Assembly (NCBI GenBank): GCA_963710755.1
Contig: CAVQBK010000003.1
Coordinates: forward strand, 576,001-640,000
Source of the DNA: an uncultured bacterium
GTDB taxonomy: Bacteria; Oederibacteriota; JAAXVQ01; JAUVAV01
Direction of reading: 5' to 3'
Length of the DNA stretch: 64,000 nt
The notes below the pieces were generated by a model. It was not told the origin of the DNA. It made no database searches and was given only the letters and a program-made list of their open reading frames with translations. Positions within the stretch are counted from its first letter, which is position 1, and each line of letters begins with the position of its first letter. The position numbers and the translations under genes were made by a program. Below are positions 19,416-28,492 of the stretch, piece by piece.

Positions 19416-21410
19416 CTAACCCGGCCACACCCTTCGCTTGAGCGGTGTACTGATAAGTTTGTCGAGATTGTCTTTATAGCCTTGAAAGAGATCCCCGGAC
19501 GCTGGTGCCCCTTGTGGTTGAGAAGGGGACGTTGAGTTGTTAGAGGATGGGCGTTGACTTTTGAGGAACAAATTAAAATATTCTTTTCTGCTCACACTAT
19601 GAGCATTGACCATCAAATAGGAAAGATCTCCCAAGTAAACTTTTTTATCCTGGAGATCAGTCGTTTTGACTATAACGAAGTTTTGCCCGCTGACAATGCC
19701 GTAATGCCTTTTGCTCAGCACGCTGACATATTTATCCGCGATATTTCTCAGCATTTCAACAAATTTAATTAATGTTTTTACTTTCTCGTTTAGAAGAACC
19801 GAGGTGGCCGCTTCGGCAACCGCCATTGCAATGGGGGCAAGCAGTTCTAAAAGAGTTTTTGCGAGTTTAAGCTTACCCAAAGCTGAAAGCACATCTTGTA
19901 AAAGACTGACATATTTACTAACAGGTTCCACATTGGCAACCATCGTAAATATCAGGTTAAGCAAATTCGTCCGTTGCATTACGGTGGGGGTATAGCCGGC
20001 TTCGTACCCTTCAAGAAGACGGATATAGGTTTTGAAATTACTGCTCTCCGGGCATCTGCTATAATCGTCAACTTTATCCACTTCAATATTAATACATTTA
20101 ATAGCTTTGGCGCCTATTTGATTTTCGATTGAGGCGGTGGTATTATCATAGTCCGTTATCAATGCTTCAATAACTTCGCAAACCTGCTCCGTCATTGGTC
20201 CTTTAAGCGTTGATTCATTAATATCAATAAATCCCAGTATTTCCTGAATGATATTTTCGATCATTAAATCATCAATAAAATCAAATACCAAAAAGTCATC
20301 TTTTTTAACTACCTTTGGCATGTTGTCGTGTGCCCGATGAGTGACATCGTGTGCTCGCGTATTTCTTATTGCATGGGAAGCAGTAGCCGGATTGGTTATA
20401 TCTTTATAAGTGGTCGCGATGCCCGGTATGCGGTGGTCAATGTTGTTGAGAATTTGTTTGATGAGTGCCTTGATGTTGTTTAGACGGGAAACCAGATGAG
20501 GGATAGGCGTGGTTAACTTACTACCCAGGATGGGGCTTGCGTTGAGATTGTCAAGGATGGTCAGCAAGCCCGCTATCAATTCGTTGGTTTTAATTAATAC
20601 AAAATAGCAGGTTTTATATAATTCTTCCGCAGCTTCAGGCTTCATTTTCCAGTTTTTTTCCAAATTAAATACATCGGTTATATTTGGGCGTTCAATGGCA
20701 TCCAGAGCACCCGCATGATTTTTCAGAACAGATAAAATTTCTCCGATAACTTCCCATATCCGGCCCCCGTCGCGGTTAACAATCTCAAGCATTTGTTTCA
20801 AAGTAAAATCGGCAATTACCCTCTGAGTAAGATCATATTGATTGCGTATGTTAAAAATGACACATTTGGGGTCGAGCTTGGACGTGTTGAGTTGATGTAT
20901 TTTTTTAAAAAACGGGGTTGATAAATAGGTAATGCTTTTAATTTTCCAAGTTTCAGGCCATTTGCTTTGACCGGTGGCAATCCTTTTGGTAAATTCATTA
21001 ATCACATTCCCGCCGTGTGAATGGCCGATGAGATGAAAGCTTACTTTCCATTTGAGATATTTTTGATAAAAGGGCAAATGACCGTCAACTTCATCACAAA
21101 GCCGGTCCGCCAAATAGCGTCCCGCCTGTTCCCGGTCTGATCTGGAGTTGTCGCCGCTCCATCCAAAATAATTGAAAATGTGAATGTTGAAAAAGCGTTG
21201 CTTGATGTCTTGCCAGAAGGCATTGAATCCCTCATCGTCTGCCCAATACCAATCATCCTCGTGGCCGGCTTTGTTAAAGCTGTTTGCCCTTGAAGAAGGG
21301 CTCAAATTTATCGGATCGACAGTTCCGGGCACTAAAATAACGATGTCACAGCGTTTTAAAGCCAATTCATTGCTGCGGGTAATGGGTGTTTGCTCCATGT
21401 TCATCAGCAC
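19416..21410 (-). CDS. Alpha/beta-hydrolase (lipase-like) candidate effector
   Basis: FGWSGDNS, FHLIGHSHGGNV (GxSxG), YLSTPF, late AHS; AT-rich; last gene of the spike/PAAR operon. Confidence 0.65.
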   Translation of the reverse strand: MLMNMEQTPITRSNELALKRCDIVILVPGTVDPINLSPSSRANSFNKAGHEDDWYWADDEGFNAFWQDIKQRFFNIHIFNYFGWSGDNSRSDREQAGRYLADRLCDEVDGHLPFYQKYLKWKVSFHLIGHSHGGNVINEFTKRIATGQSKWPETWKIKSITYLSTPFFKKIHQLNTSKLDPKCVIFNIRNQYDLTQRVIADFTLKQMLEIVNRDGGRIWEVIGEILSVLKNHAGALDAIERPNITDVFNLEKNWKMKPEAAEELYKTCYFVLIKTNELIAGLLTILDNLNASPILGSKLTTPIPHLVSRLNNIKALIKQILNNIDHRIPGIATTYKDITNPATASHAIRNTRAHDVTHRAHDNMPKVVKKDDFLVFDFIDDLMIENIIQEILGFIDINESTLKGPMTEQVCEVIEALITDYDNTTASIENQIGAKAIKCINIEVDKVDDYSRCPESSNFKTYIRLLEGYEAGYTPTVMQRTNLLNLIFTMVANVEPVSKYVSLLQDVLSALGKLKLAKTLLELLAPIAMAVAEAATSVLLNEKVKTLIKFVEMLRNIADKYVSVLSKRHYGIVSGQNFVIVKTTDLQDKKVYLGDLSYLMVNAHSVSRKEYFNLFLKSQRPSSNNSTSPSQPQGAPASGDLFQGYKDNLDKLISTPLKRRVWPG

Positions 21411-21416
21411 CCCTTG

Positions 21417-22097
21417 TTAAGCGCCATATTGGGCCGTCAAGGCGGCCATCGTTGCCGCATCGGCCTTGCCGGTAACAGCCAAATGATGATCTGTTTGATA
21501 TTGTTTCAGCGCATTCGCGGTTTTCGGTCCCAAGGTGCCGTCAACGTTGCCGCAATCATATCCCAGATTGTTCAGCCGCCCTTGAAGGCCGGTGATTTCT
21601 TCAACAGGATCCAAATGTCCGACTTTGATCTCGGTTTGAAAGTCAGGTTCATCGTCGCCGTCTTTTAGCCAGACCTTTAACTGGCCGGACTCTTCCTCCG
21701 TATCAATGGTCTCATGAATCAGACCGGCCTGCAGATGGGATTTGATTTCCGGGCCGTCCTCAATATGCCGCTGATAGGTTTTCATATTTGTTTTAAGCTC
21801 GTATTTAAGCAGGGGGATGGGACTGCCTTCTTCATCCCGCATGGTCATCTGAATTTCATATTTCGGCCGCTGAATCGTAAATGTGTATTTATTTTCCGTA
21901 TGGCAGGTGGTCTCCTGCAGTTTTTTGTCCGGAATAAACAACTGATCACCCGGAAAGAGTAAATCCGGATCAGGCCGCTTTTCTCTAAATGATGCATTCT
22001 GAGGATCATTGTAGATCCGGCGCCAATCGGCTAGGCCATGGGCCTTGGCAATCTTGGCAAGATAGTCGCCTTGTTTGACCGTATACATGGGGGACAC
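21417..22097 (-). CDS. LysM plus C-terminal peptidoglycan-binding (PG_binding_1) protein
   Basis: YTVKQGDYLAKIAKAHG...PGDQLFIP; GLQGRLNNLGYDCGNVDGTLGPKT..ALKQYQ.DHHL.VTG; AGGAG plus GTG start at 22097. Confidence 0.8.
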   Translation of the reverse strand: MSPMYTVKQGDYLAKIAKAHGLADWRRIYNDPQNASFREKRPDPDLLFPGDQLFIPDKKLQETTCHTENKYTFTIQRPKYEIQMTMRDEEGSPIPLLKYELKTNMKTYQRHIEDGPEIKSHLQAGLIHETIDTEEESGQLKVWLKDGDDEPDFQTEIKVGHLDPVEEITGLQGRLNNLGYDCGNVDGTLGPKTANALKQYQTDHHLAVTGKADAATMAALTAQYGA

Positions 22098-22164
22098 GTT
22101 ACTGGCTCCTGAAAAAATGAAATAATTAGCATAACCGGCCATTACAAAACAGCATCGATTTATC

Positions 22165-22761
22165 TCAAACCCCGGATAAGCGCCATGTGGTTTCGTCCAA
22201 ATTTGGGAAACCAACTTTACATGAGCCGGGCGCTATGTTGTCGATTCGGGCAAAGCCATTGCCGTCAGTGAATCCTTCTTTTACTTCTCCATCCGAGGTT
22301 TGGACGCGATATTTTTCGTTGCCTACCGGTTCGCCTGTATTATCCTTTAACTCAAGTTCAAGCCAACCTTTTTTTTCCTCTTGTTTTTGGGAGTCCGTGT
22401 TGCGGTTATCATGGCCGTTCTGGACGCCGGTCGCCATTTTGGCAACCAGCGGGGCAACCACCGGCGGGTTTGTGCCAATGATCACAGTGGGGCAGCCCAT
22501 GAGAATGGTGGCACCGCAGGGCGGCGGCGTGGCATTACCTTGGGTAAGGGCCGGTTTGCCCCCAATCAGGACCATGGGACTGCCGGGCGGGAGAAAAGGC
22601 GTGCTGGCGTGGGGGACTGTACCTGACACCAAAGGGCAGACCTGCATGTCGCCCAGCACCGCCGCCGGTTTGCCGCCGATTAATACCATTGGCACACCTG
22701 GGCCAATGATAGAACCGCCATGGCTGGTCTGATCACCGATGCGTGCTGCCATACCGGGCAT
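22165..22761 (-). CDS. PAAR spike-tip protein with C-terminal transthyretin-like extension
   Basis: AARIGDQTSHGG, VLIGGKPAA, VLIGGKPAL; C-terminal WLELELKD..GEPV..E.Y.V....G....G.TDGNG.ARI..I.PG.C.V.FP. Confidence 0.88.
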   Translation of the reverse strand: MPGMAARIGDQTSHGGSIIGPGVPMVLIGGKPAAVLGDMQVCPLVSGTVPHASTPFLPPGSPMVLIGGKPALTQGNATPPPCGATILMGCPTVIIGTNPPVVAPLVAKMATGVQNGHDNRNTDSQKQEEKKGWLELELKDNTGEPVGNEKYRVQTSDGEVKEGFTDGNGFARIDNIAPGSCKVGFPNLDETTWRLSGV

Positions 22762-22821
22762 GGAATCCTCCAAAGTTTCACGCGTTTTAAGGACTGGCAG
22801 GCCACCAATCCACAACATTAA

Positions 22822-23622
22822 CTAGTTGATTTTCACGGGCTTGCCTTGCAACTCCGCCAAGGCATTGGACTTGAGGCTCAGCGCGGAGGTGGCTTCGATC
22901 GTGGTCTGGGTGCCTTTGATTTCCACGCCCGTATTGCCTTTGGCCTTGACATATTGTTGGGCTTCGGTTTCCACATTTGCTCCTGATAATTTAAAATCCT
23001 GTTTGGCCTTGATCTCCAGCTCATCATCGCCGTCAATGGTGATCTTTTGCTTGGCGCTGATGGAGAGGGTTTCATCCACGGCGATTTCCATTTGCTTGCA
23101 CTTGATGGTGAGCTTTCCCTCGGGCACTTGAATATTGAGATGACCCCTGGCGTTGGAAATGTTGATGACATGATCATCATCATTCTGGCCGCAGACCATC
23201 TCGATTTTTTTATCGCCCGTTTTGTCGATGATCTGGATTTTCTCCGCATTCTCGCTGTCGTCCAGGATCACCATATGCCCGGCCGGGGTTTTCCAGTAGC
23301 GCATGGTGTTCTTGCCGTCGCCATTACGGTCGGCGTTGGTGTTTTGCCCGGTGACCGGCGGTTTTTGGTCTTCACACCAGAGCGCACCCAGCACATACGG
23401 CTCGTGGCGGTTGCCCTGGTGAAAGGCCACCAGCACCTTATCGCCCTGGTTGGGCATGCAGTAAAAGCCGGTCTCAGGCCCTGCCATCCAGGAGGCCACC
23501 GGCGCCCAGTGGCTGGTCTCTTCTTCGGTCCAGGCCGTGAACTTTAATTTTACCCTATGGGCGTCTGGTTCCAGTTCCACCACTTCCGCGATTTCGAGGC
23601 CGACTATTTTTCCGTTTAGCAT
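22822..23622 (-). CDS. gp5/GpV-like spike (OB fold plus beta-helix; C-terminal half of VgrG/Afp8)
   Basis: RVKLKF, SHWAPV, G...G.YCMP..GD.VLVAFHQG...PYVLGALW, beta-helical repeats ending VKIN; upstream of PAAR. Confidence 0.88.
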   Translation of the reverse strand: MLNGKIVGLEIAEVVELEPDAHRVKLKFTAWTEEETSHWAPVASWMAGPETGFYCMPNQGDKVLVAFHQGNRHEPYVLGALWCEDQKPPVTGQNTNADRNGDGKNTMRYWKTPAGHMVILDDSENAEKIQIIDKTGDKKIEMVCGQNDDDHVINISNARGHLNIQVPEGKLTIKCKQMEIAVDETLSISAKQKITIDGDDELEIKAKQDFKLSGANVETEAQQYVKAKGNTGVEIKGTQTTIEATSALSLKSNALAELQGKPVKIN

Positions 23623-24434
23623 AAGCTGGGTCTCCTTTCCTGGAGAGCGCTTGGCAATGCTTTTTGCCAGGGGCATGCATCCTGCTGACCGTTCTCAGCG
23701 GCCTGATAGGGGCAGATCCGCGCGCTGCCGTCGGGCATGATTGAGAGCACCCGCTGGTAAGGGCACTGGGGACCGGCGATTTGCCGCCAGAGCGGAAGTT
23801 GGGCGGCCAGGCAAGGGTCCATCACCAGTTTTTCATAGATACCGAATTTTAGCATCCTGGCGGCTATCCATGCCACCATTTCCTGCAAGCCCGGCAGGGA
23901 GGTGACGGGTAGTACTTTGGGCCATATCAAGCATACTTTATGTGCTGTTGCCAGAAGCCGATGCAGCCAATCCGTGGATTGCAGCTTTTGGATCATGGGC
24001 ATGGTCATGGTGACCATTACAGCCGTGCGCACCTGCCAGTCCTGCAATTGTGACAGGGCTTTGAAAAAACAGCCCATGTCTTTGACTTTATAGTCATCCA
24101 GGCTCAGGCTGATTTGGTCACTGCGCTGAAACACCGCCGGATCCAGCCGAAAAACGTTTTCATAATTGCTCGTGATCCGGTAACTGTGGCGCATAGCCCA
24201 AGCTTGGCGGATCAGGCTCATCCCCGCTTCCAGCTTCAGGTCGGGCAGGTCATCGAGGCTGAAATACCACTGGGGAATGGCTTGCCCGACTTCCAGCCAG
24301 TGGCTGAAAAAATCCAGGGGCTGTTCCTCATGGCCGGCTGTGGCCACATAACAATAGGGGCAATGTTTAGCGCAGCCGCCAAAGGGATGCAAGGCCAGGC
24401 CTTGCCAATAGTCCGCGGGTCGGCCGCAGATCAT
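23616..24434 (-). CDS. Radical SAM-superfamily protein (divergent)
   Basis: GCAKHCPYCY (CxxxCxxC); C-terminal C..(twitch-like) ISIMPDGS..ICPY..CPW; overlaps neighbours at both ends. Confidence 0.65.
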   Translation of the reverse strand: MICGRPADYWQGLALHPFGGCAKHCPYCYVATAGHEEQPLDFFSHWLEVGQAIPQWYFSLDDLPDLKLEAGMSLIRQAWAMRHSYRITSNYENVFRLDPAVFQRSDQISLSLDDYKVKDMGCFFKALSQLQDWQVRTAVMVTMTMPMIQKLQSTDWLHRLLATAHKVCLIWPKVLPVTSLPGLQEMVAWIAARMLKFGIYEKLVMDPCLAAQLPLWRQIAGPQCPYQRVLSIMPDGSARICPYQAAENGQQDACPWQKALPSALQERRPSLC

Positions 24435-24628
24435 GCCTGGTTCCCTGCATGGCGCTTGAGCCATTCCTGGATAAAGGCTTCCATGCGCACGGCGGTCTGT
24501 TGATTCTGCGGTTCACCGAAAAAAGCCTCGGTCAGTGCGCGCTCCAGGGCTGGCTTGAACTCTTCCAGGTTCAGGGGCAGTTCGATGGCCAGCTCTCCGG
24601 TTTCCGAATCCAAAATGACATAGGACAT
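24431..24628 (-). CDS. Small hypothetical protein (65 aa)
   Basis: In operon, GGTGAG RBS, ATGA-coupled to the radical SAM gene. Confidence 0.6.
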   Translation of the reverse strand: MSYVILDSETGELAIELPLNLEEFKPALERALTEAFFGEPQNQQTAVRMEAFIQEWLKRHAGNQA

Positions 24629-24657
24629 TTCTCACCGCCTTGGGGCGTGATCATCAG

Positions 24658-27600
24658 CTATTTTACCACGCCCACTTTAAATTGCTCTTTCCACAACCCC
24701 GCCTGGATGCGGACAATATAAATGCCACTGGCCACGGGGCTTCCATCAGTATTCATGCCATTCCAGTCAATTTCATGCAATTGCCCTTTTTCAAAGTAAA
24801 TTCCGTCGGCCAGGGTTTTGACCAGCTGCCCGCGCATGGTATAGATTTTAATGGTGGTGCGCGTGGATTGGGATTGATACCACCGGATCTTGGCGCTTTG
24901 ACCATGCAGGGGGTTGATGATGTTGTTGATGATGCGCAGTTGATTATCGGGCCCGGGGGTAGGTGTTGGCGTTGGCGTGGGCGCTGTAGAGAAGGCTTTG
25001 AATTGATAGAGGCTGATCTGCGAGTCCGTGCTGCTCAAGGCGTAAACTTCAAAGCGGTTATCCTGGTCCGCATCGCCTACAGCCAGTGCGACCATGGGTT
25101 CGCCGCCATCGCCCAAATCGGTTTGAGACCAGGTGGAACCATTTTTACTATACTGGTAAACATGACCATTGGTGCTGCAGGCATAAAGCTCGTCCTGCCC
25201 GTCATTATCAGCGTCACTGACCAGCAGGCTATGGCATGTCCCGGACTGGGTGCCGATGACGCTGGGAATGAGCTTCTGGGTGCCGCTATCCCAAGCCAAT
25301 TGGAGAATCTCGCCATTATCAGCTGCTCCATATAGCTCAGACTGGTTGTTTTGGTCAATATCACCAACCGCCAGGGCCAGCAGCTGGCGGGTAAGCACAT
25401 CCTGTTTATGCCAGGCGCCATTGATGTATTTGAATTGATAGACATGCCCGTCTGCATTGGCGGCGTAGAGCTCATTGGCCTGGTCATCATTGAGATCAGC
25501 AATGGCCAGCGCCACCATGCTGTCGGCGCCCTGGCCTACGGCTTCTTTGTGCCAGGAATTTTGATTATAACGATATTGATAAACATGGCTGTCACTACTG
25601 GCTGCAAAGAGGCTGAAGGCTTGGCTGTTGTCCCCGTCGCCGATAATGAGATCCTGAAGTGCGGTGCCCACGGTCTTGGCATCCGTGCCCACCTGGGTTT
25701 TAACCCAGGTTCCGGGCTGATAGCAGAAAATCCGGTTGTCATTGGTGGCGGCGTAGATTTCCGGCGTGTTGTCGCGGTTGGCATCAAACATAAGCACCTT
25801 GGTGTAGTTCTCGGGTTGAGGGGAGGCTAAAACCTGGGTGAGTTGCCAATCCGGGTTATGTTGAGCCACTTGGAGATTGGTGCCCAAGGCTGCCAGGGTA
25901 AGATCCAAGGTGTGGTTGTCATCAGCATCCCCCACGGCCAACTCCATGGTGGTGCCGGAAGCTTTCGGCGCTGTAATGGTAAGAAGTTTGGTATGGCTCC
26001 AGGCGATGGGTTTGGCAAGCGGTTGAAGGATAAAAAAGCTGTGGGCCAGGATATAAGTGCCGTCAGGATGAACTAATTGCAGATCAAACTTTCCCGGTTG
26101 GAGACCGGAGAGGTCAAAGTCACTGTGCATTAGGCCGGTATCGACGAAGGTTTGAGTGGCGGCACCCAACGCCAAGCTGTTGCTGCGAAGGCTGAGCTGA
26201 TCGAAAGTATTGAGCCCGGTGCCAAAAAGGGTAAAGGTGGGTTTGCTTTGGGACACGGCATGATCAGGATAAACATTATAGATGGTGCTGATATTCATTT
26301 TAGCCACAAAGCCATCATAGGATGCGGTAAAAGCACGCTTTGGTGGTAAATTCCCCTGCCACTTTTCAGTACTACTGCCTCCGACAACCATATTTCCCAC
26401 GGCATCCACTGCCAGGGCTTGTCCATAATCCATGCCGGTTCCGCCCAAAAAAGCATTCCAAAGTAAATTGCCGCCACCGTCCAACTTGGCGACAAAGGCA
26501 TCAGTAAAGCCACCACCAAAAGTCCTGATAGGAGTAGTTCCCCACGAGGCAAAACTAGAACCACCTACGACAACATTGCCACCAGGATCTACGGATAGGG
26601 CAGTACAATAATCAGTATTACTGCCACCTAAAAAAGTATTCCACGTTAATTTTCCATTACTGTCCAGTTTGGCGACAAAAGCATCGTAGGAGCTGGTGTA
26701 GGGGTTTTCCGATGAATCCCAGGTACCAGCCACCAGCACATTGCCGTCGGCATCCGAAGCCACGGCATAACCATCATCATAGCCACTGCTGCCTAAAAAA
26801 GTATTCCAGGTTAAACTCCCATCATCGCTGGCCAACTTGGCTACGAAGGCATCAATGCCACCAGCAAAGGCCCTGATGGGAGCCGTATTATCATCATTAA
26901 TATCATCCTGCCACGTGCCATAACTATCACCAGCCACGAATACATTTCCGCCGTCATCCAACGCCACGGCATATCCAAAATCATTTTTATCACTGCTGCC
27001 TAAAAAGGTATTCCAAATCAAGTCGCCGGTATTGCCATTTACTTTGGCCACAAATGCATCATAATAGCCACCGCCAAAGAGCCTCCTCGGATTACCCCAT
27101 GAAGCACCACTTCTACCAACTACCAACACATTTCCGCTGTCATCCAACGCTACGGCATTTCCAAAATCATTTTTATCACTGCTGCCTAAAAAAGTATTCC
27201 ACTGCAATATTCCATCGCTGTTCAGTTTGGCTACAAAGCCATCCTGTAGACCAGCATAGGGCCTCCGAATATTATCCCCCCACTTGTTATCACTATAACC
27301 TGCTACCAACACATTTCCGTTGGGATCCAAAGCCACGGCAGTGCCCCAGGTATAATTATCTGCAGCATTGCTGCCTAAAAAGGTATACCAAATCAAATTT
27401 CCGTTGCTGTCCAGTTTGGCTACAAAGGCATCAGCTAGACCAGCAAAGGGCACGATAGGATCTTTATTATTATCACTCCATGCGGCAATACTAGTACCAA
27501 TCACCAGCACATTTCCGCTGCCATCCAAAGCCACAGCATAGCAGTAATCAGTACCACTACCCCCTAAAAACGTATTCCACGTCAAGTCCGGGTCGATCAC

Positions 27601-28296
27601 CAAGCTGTATCGGGGGTTATAGCCGCTGGCTGCAAAACCAACGGTATGACGGCCGCGGAGGATGAATTTGACTTGTACCGGAACTTTTTTGCCTTCAATC
27701 TCCTGCCAGGCAATGGGCGCGCTTTCCTGCATGCTGCCGGTGCCATAGTTGATGGTCAGGTTTCCCTTGCTGTTCAGGCTAAGGGGGCGATGATAGTCGA
27801 GGCGAATTTGGCTGAGGGCTTGCTCAATATGGCCGGCCTCAATATGATACTCGCTTCGCAGGATCGTCTGGGGTTGGTCATGATAGAGCACCGTGACGCC
27901 GGGCCAGGGATGGACATAGCGCACGGTTCCCTGAAAGGGAAGGGCCGTGGGTTTGGCGGATGGAGCCGGGGCTTCAACGGACGAGGCGGTACCCTTGACC
28001 ACGGGCGCTACGGCTTTGGCGCCGGCCATTGTAATCCTTAACGCATGATCATTACCAGCGATCATTACTTGGCTGTTTTGGAAGTCCAAGACGTGCCCGG
28101 CGCTGGTGTATTGCAGGGGAATCGTTTTTTGGCCCATGGGCTGCACCAGGCGGGGAAGTGGCCGGCGCAGGTGACTGTAACTATAGTTCCAGGGCAAATG
28201 GGGCATCACCAGGCTGCTCAAAACCAAAAGCGCGAAAGCAGGGTGAACATAATGACCACGATAAAACCATTGAGTGCTGTTTATTTGTTGCTGCAT
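24658..28296 (-). CDS. Secreted beta-propeller (SBBP-like) / FG-GAP repeat protein with PT linker and FlgD-Ig-type C-terminal domain (copy B)
   Basis: LVIDP then ~7 repeats TWNTFLGS..D.G.AVA.D..GNV.V.G...DAFVAKL; GDADND repeats; PTPTPTP; IYTMRGQLVKTL...W.G.N..G..VASGIYIVRI. Confidence 0.82.
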   Translation of the reverse strand: MQQQINSTQWFYRGHYVHPAFALLVLSSLVMPHLPWNYSYSHLRRPLPRLVQPMGQKTIPLQYTSAGHVLDFQNSQVMIAGNDHALRITMAGAKAVAPVVKGTASSVEAPAPSAKPTALPFQGTVRYVHPWPGVTVLYHDQPQTILRSEYHIEAGHIEQALSQIRLDYHRPLSLNSKGNLTINYGTGSMQESAPIAWQEIEGKKVPVQVKFILRGRHTVGFAASGYNPRYSLVIDPDLTWNTFLGGSGTDYCYAVALDGSGNVLVIGTSIAAWSDNNKDPIVPFAGLADAFVAKLDSNGNLIWYTFLGSNAADNYTWGTAVALDPNGNVLVAGYSDNKWGDNIRRPYAGLQDGFVAKLNSDGILQWNTFLGSSDKNDFGNAVALDDSGNVLVVGRSGASWGNPRRLFGGGYYDAFVAKVNGNTGDLIWNTFLGSSDKNDFGYAVALDDGGNVFVAGDSYGTWQDDINDDNTAPIRAFAGGIDAFVAKLASDDGSLTWNTFLGSSGYDDGYAVASDADGNVLVAGTWDSSENPYTSSYDAFVAKLDSNGKLTWNTFLGGSNTDYCTALSVDPGGNVVVGGSSFASWGTTPIRTFGGGFTDAFVAKLDGGGNLLWNAFLGGTGMDYGQALAVDAVGNMVVGGSSTEKWQGNLPPKRAFTASYDGFVAKMNISTIYNVYPDHAVSQSKPTFTLFGTGLNTFDQLSLRSNSLALGAATQTFVDTGLMHSDFDLSGLQPGKFDLQLVHPDGTYILAHSFFILQPLAKPIAWSHTKLLTITAPKASGTTMELAVGDADDNHTLDLTLAALGTNLQVAQHNPDWQLTQVLASPQPENYTKVLMFDANRDNTPEIYAATNDNRIFCYQPGTWVKTQVGTDAKTVGTALQDLIIGDGDNSQAFSLFAASSDSHVYQYRYNQNSWHKEAVGQGADSMVALAIADLNDDQANELYAANADGHVYQFKYINGAWHKQDVLTRQLLALAVGDIDQNNQSELYGAADNGEILQLAWDSGTQKLIPSVIGTQSGTCHSLLVSDADNDGQDELYACSTNGHVYQYSKNGSTWSQTDLGDGGEPMVALAVGDADQDNRFEVYALSSTDSQISLYQFKAFSTAPTPTPTPTPGPDNQLRIINNIINPLHGQSAKIRWYQSQSTRTTIKIYTMRGQLVKTLADGIYFEKGQLHEIDWNGMNTDGSPVASGIYIVRIQAGLWKEQFKVGVVK

Positions 28297-28450
28297 AGAA
28301 ACCTTCCCTCCTTGTGGCACTATCAATCATGTCCCTATCATTTCTTGTAAATCTCCACCTGGCATGTGCTGGTGATCTCTCCGCTTTGCTCTTTCACCAG
28401 CGCCAGGCTGCGGGTGGCATAAACTTCCTTGATTTCCACGGAAGCAATGG
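27567..28450. repeat. ~885-bp near-identical duplication (copy B) of 31411..32294
   Basis: Same sequence at offset 3844 with a few substitutions; includes the last ~115 bp of the PorV-like gene. Confidence 0.92.
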
Positions 28451-28492
28451 ATTGGCCATCGCCCAAAATAGGATAGCGTACGCCCCTACAAA

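Noticed and set aside
24431-24628. RiPP precursor for the radical SAM enzyme
   Set aside because: Looks like a small folded acidic protein with no Cys/aromatic core motif, and no peptidase or transporter is adjacent
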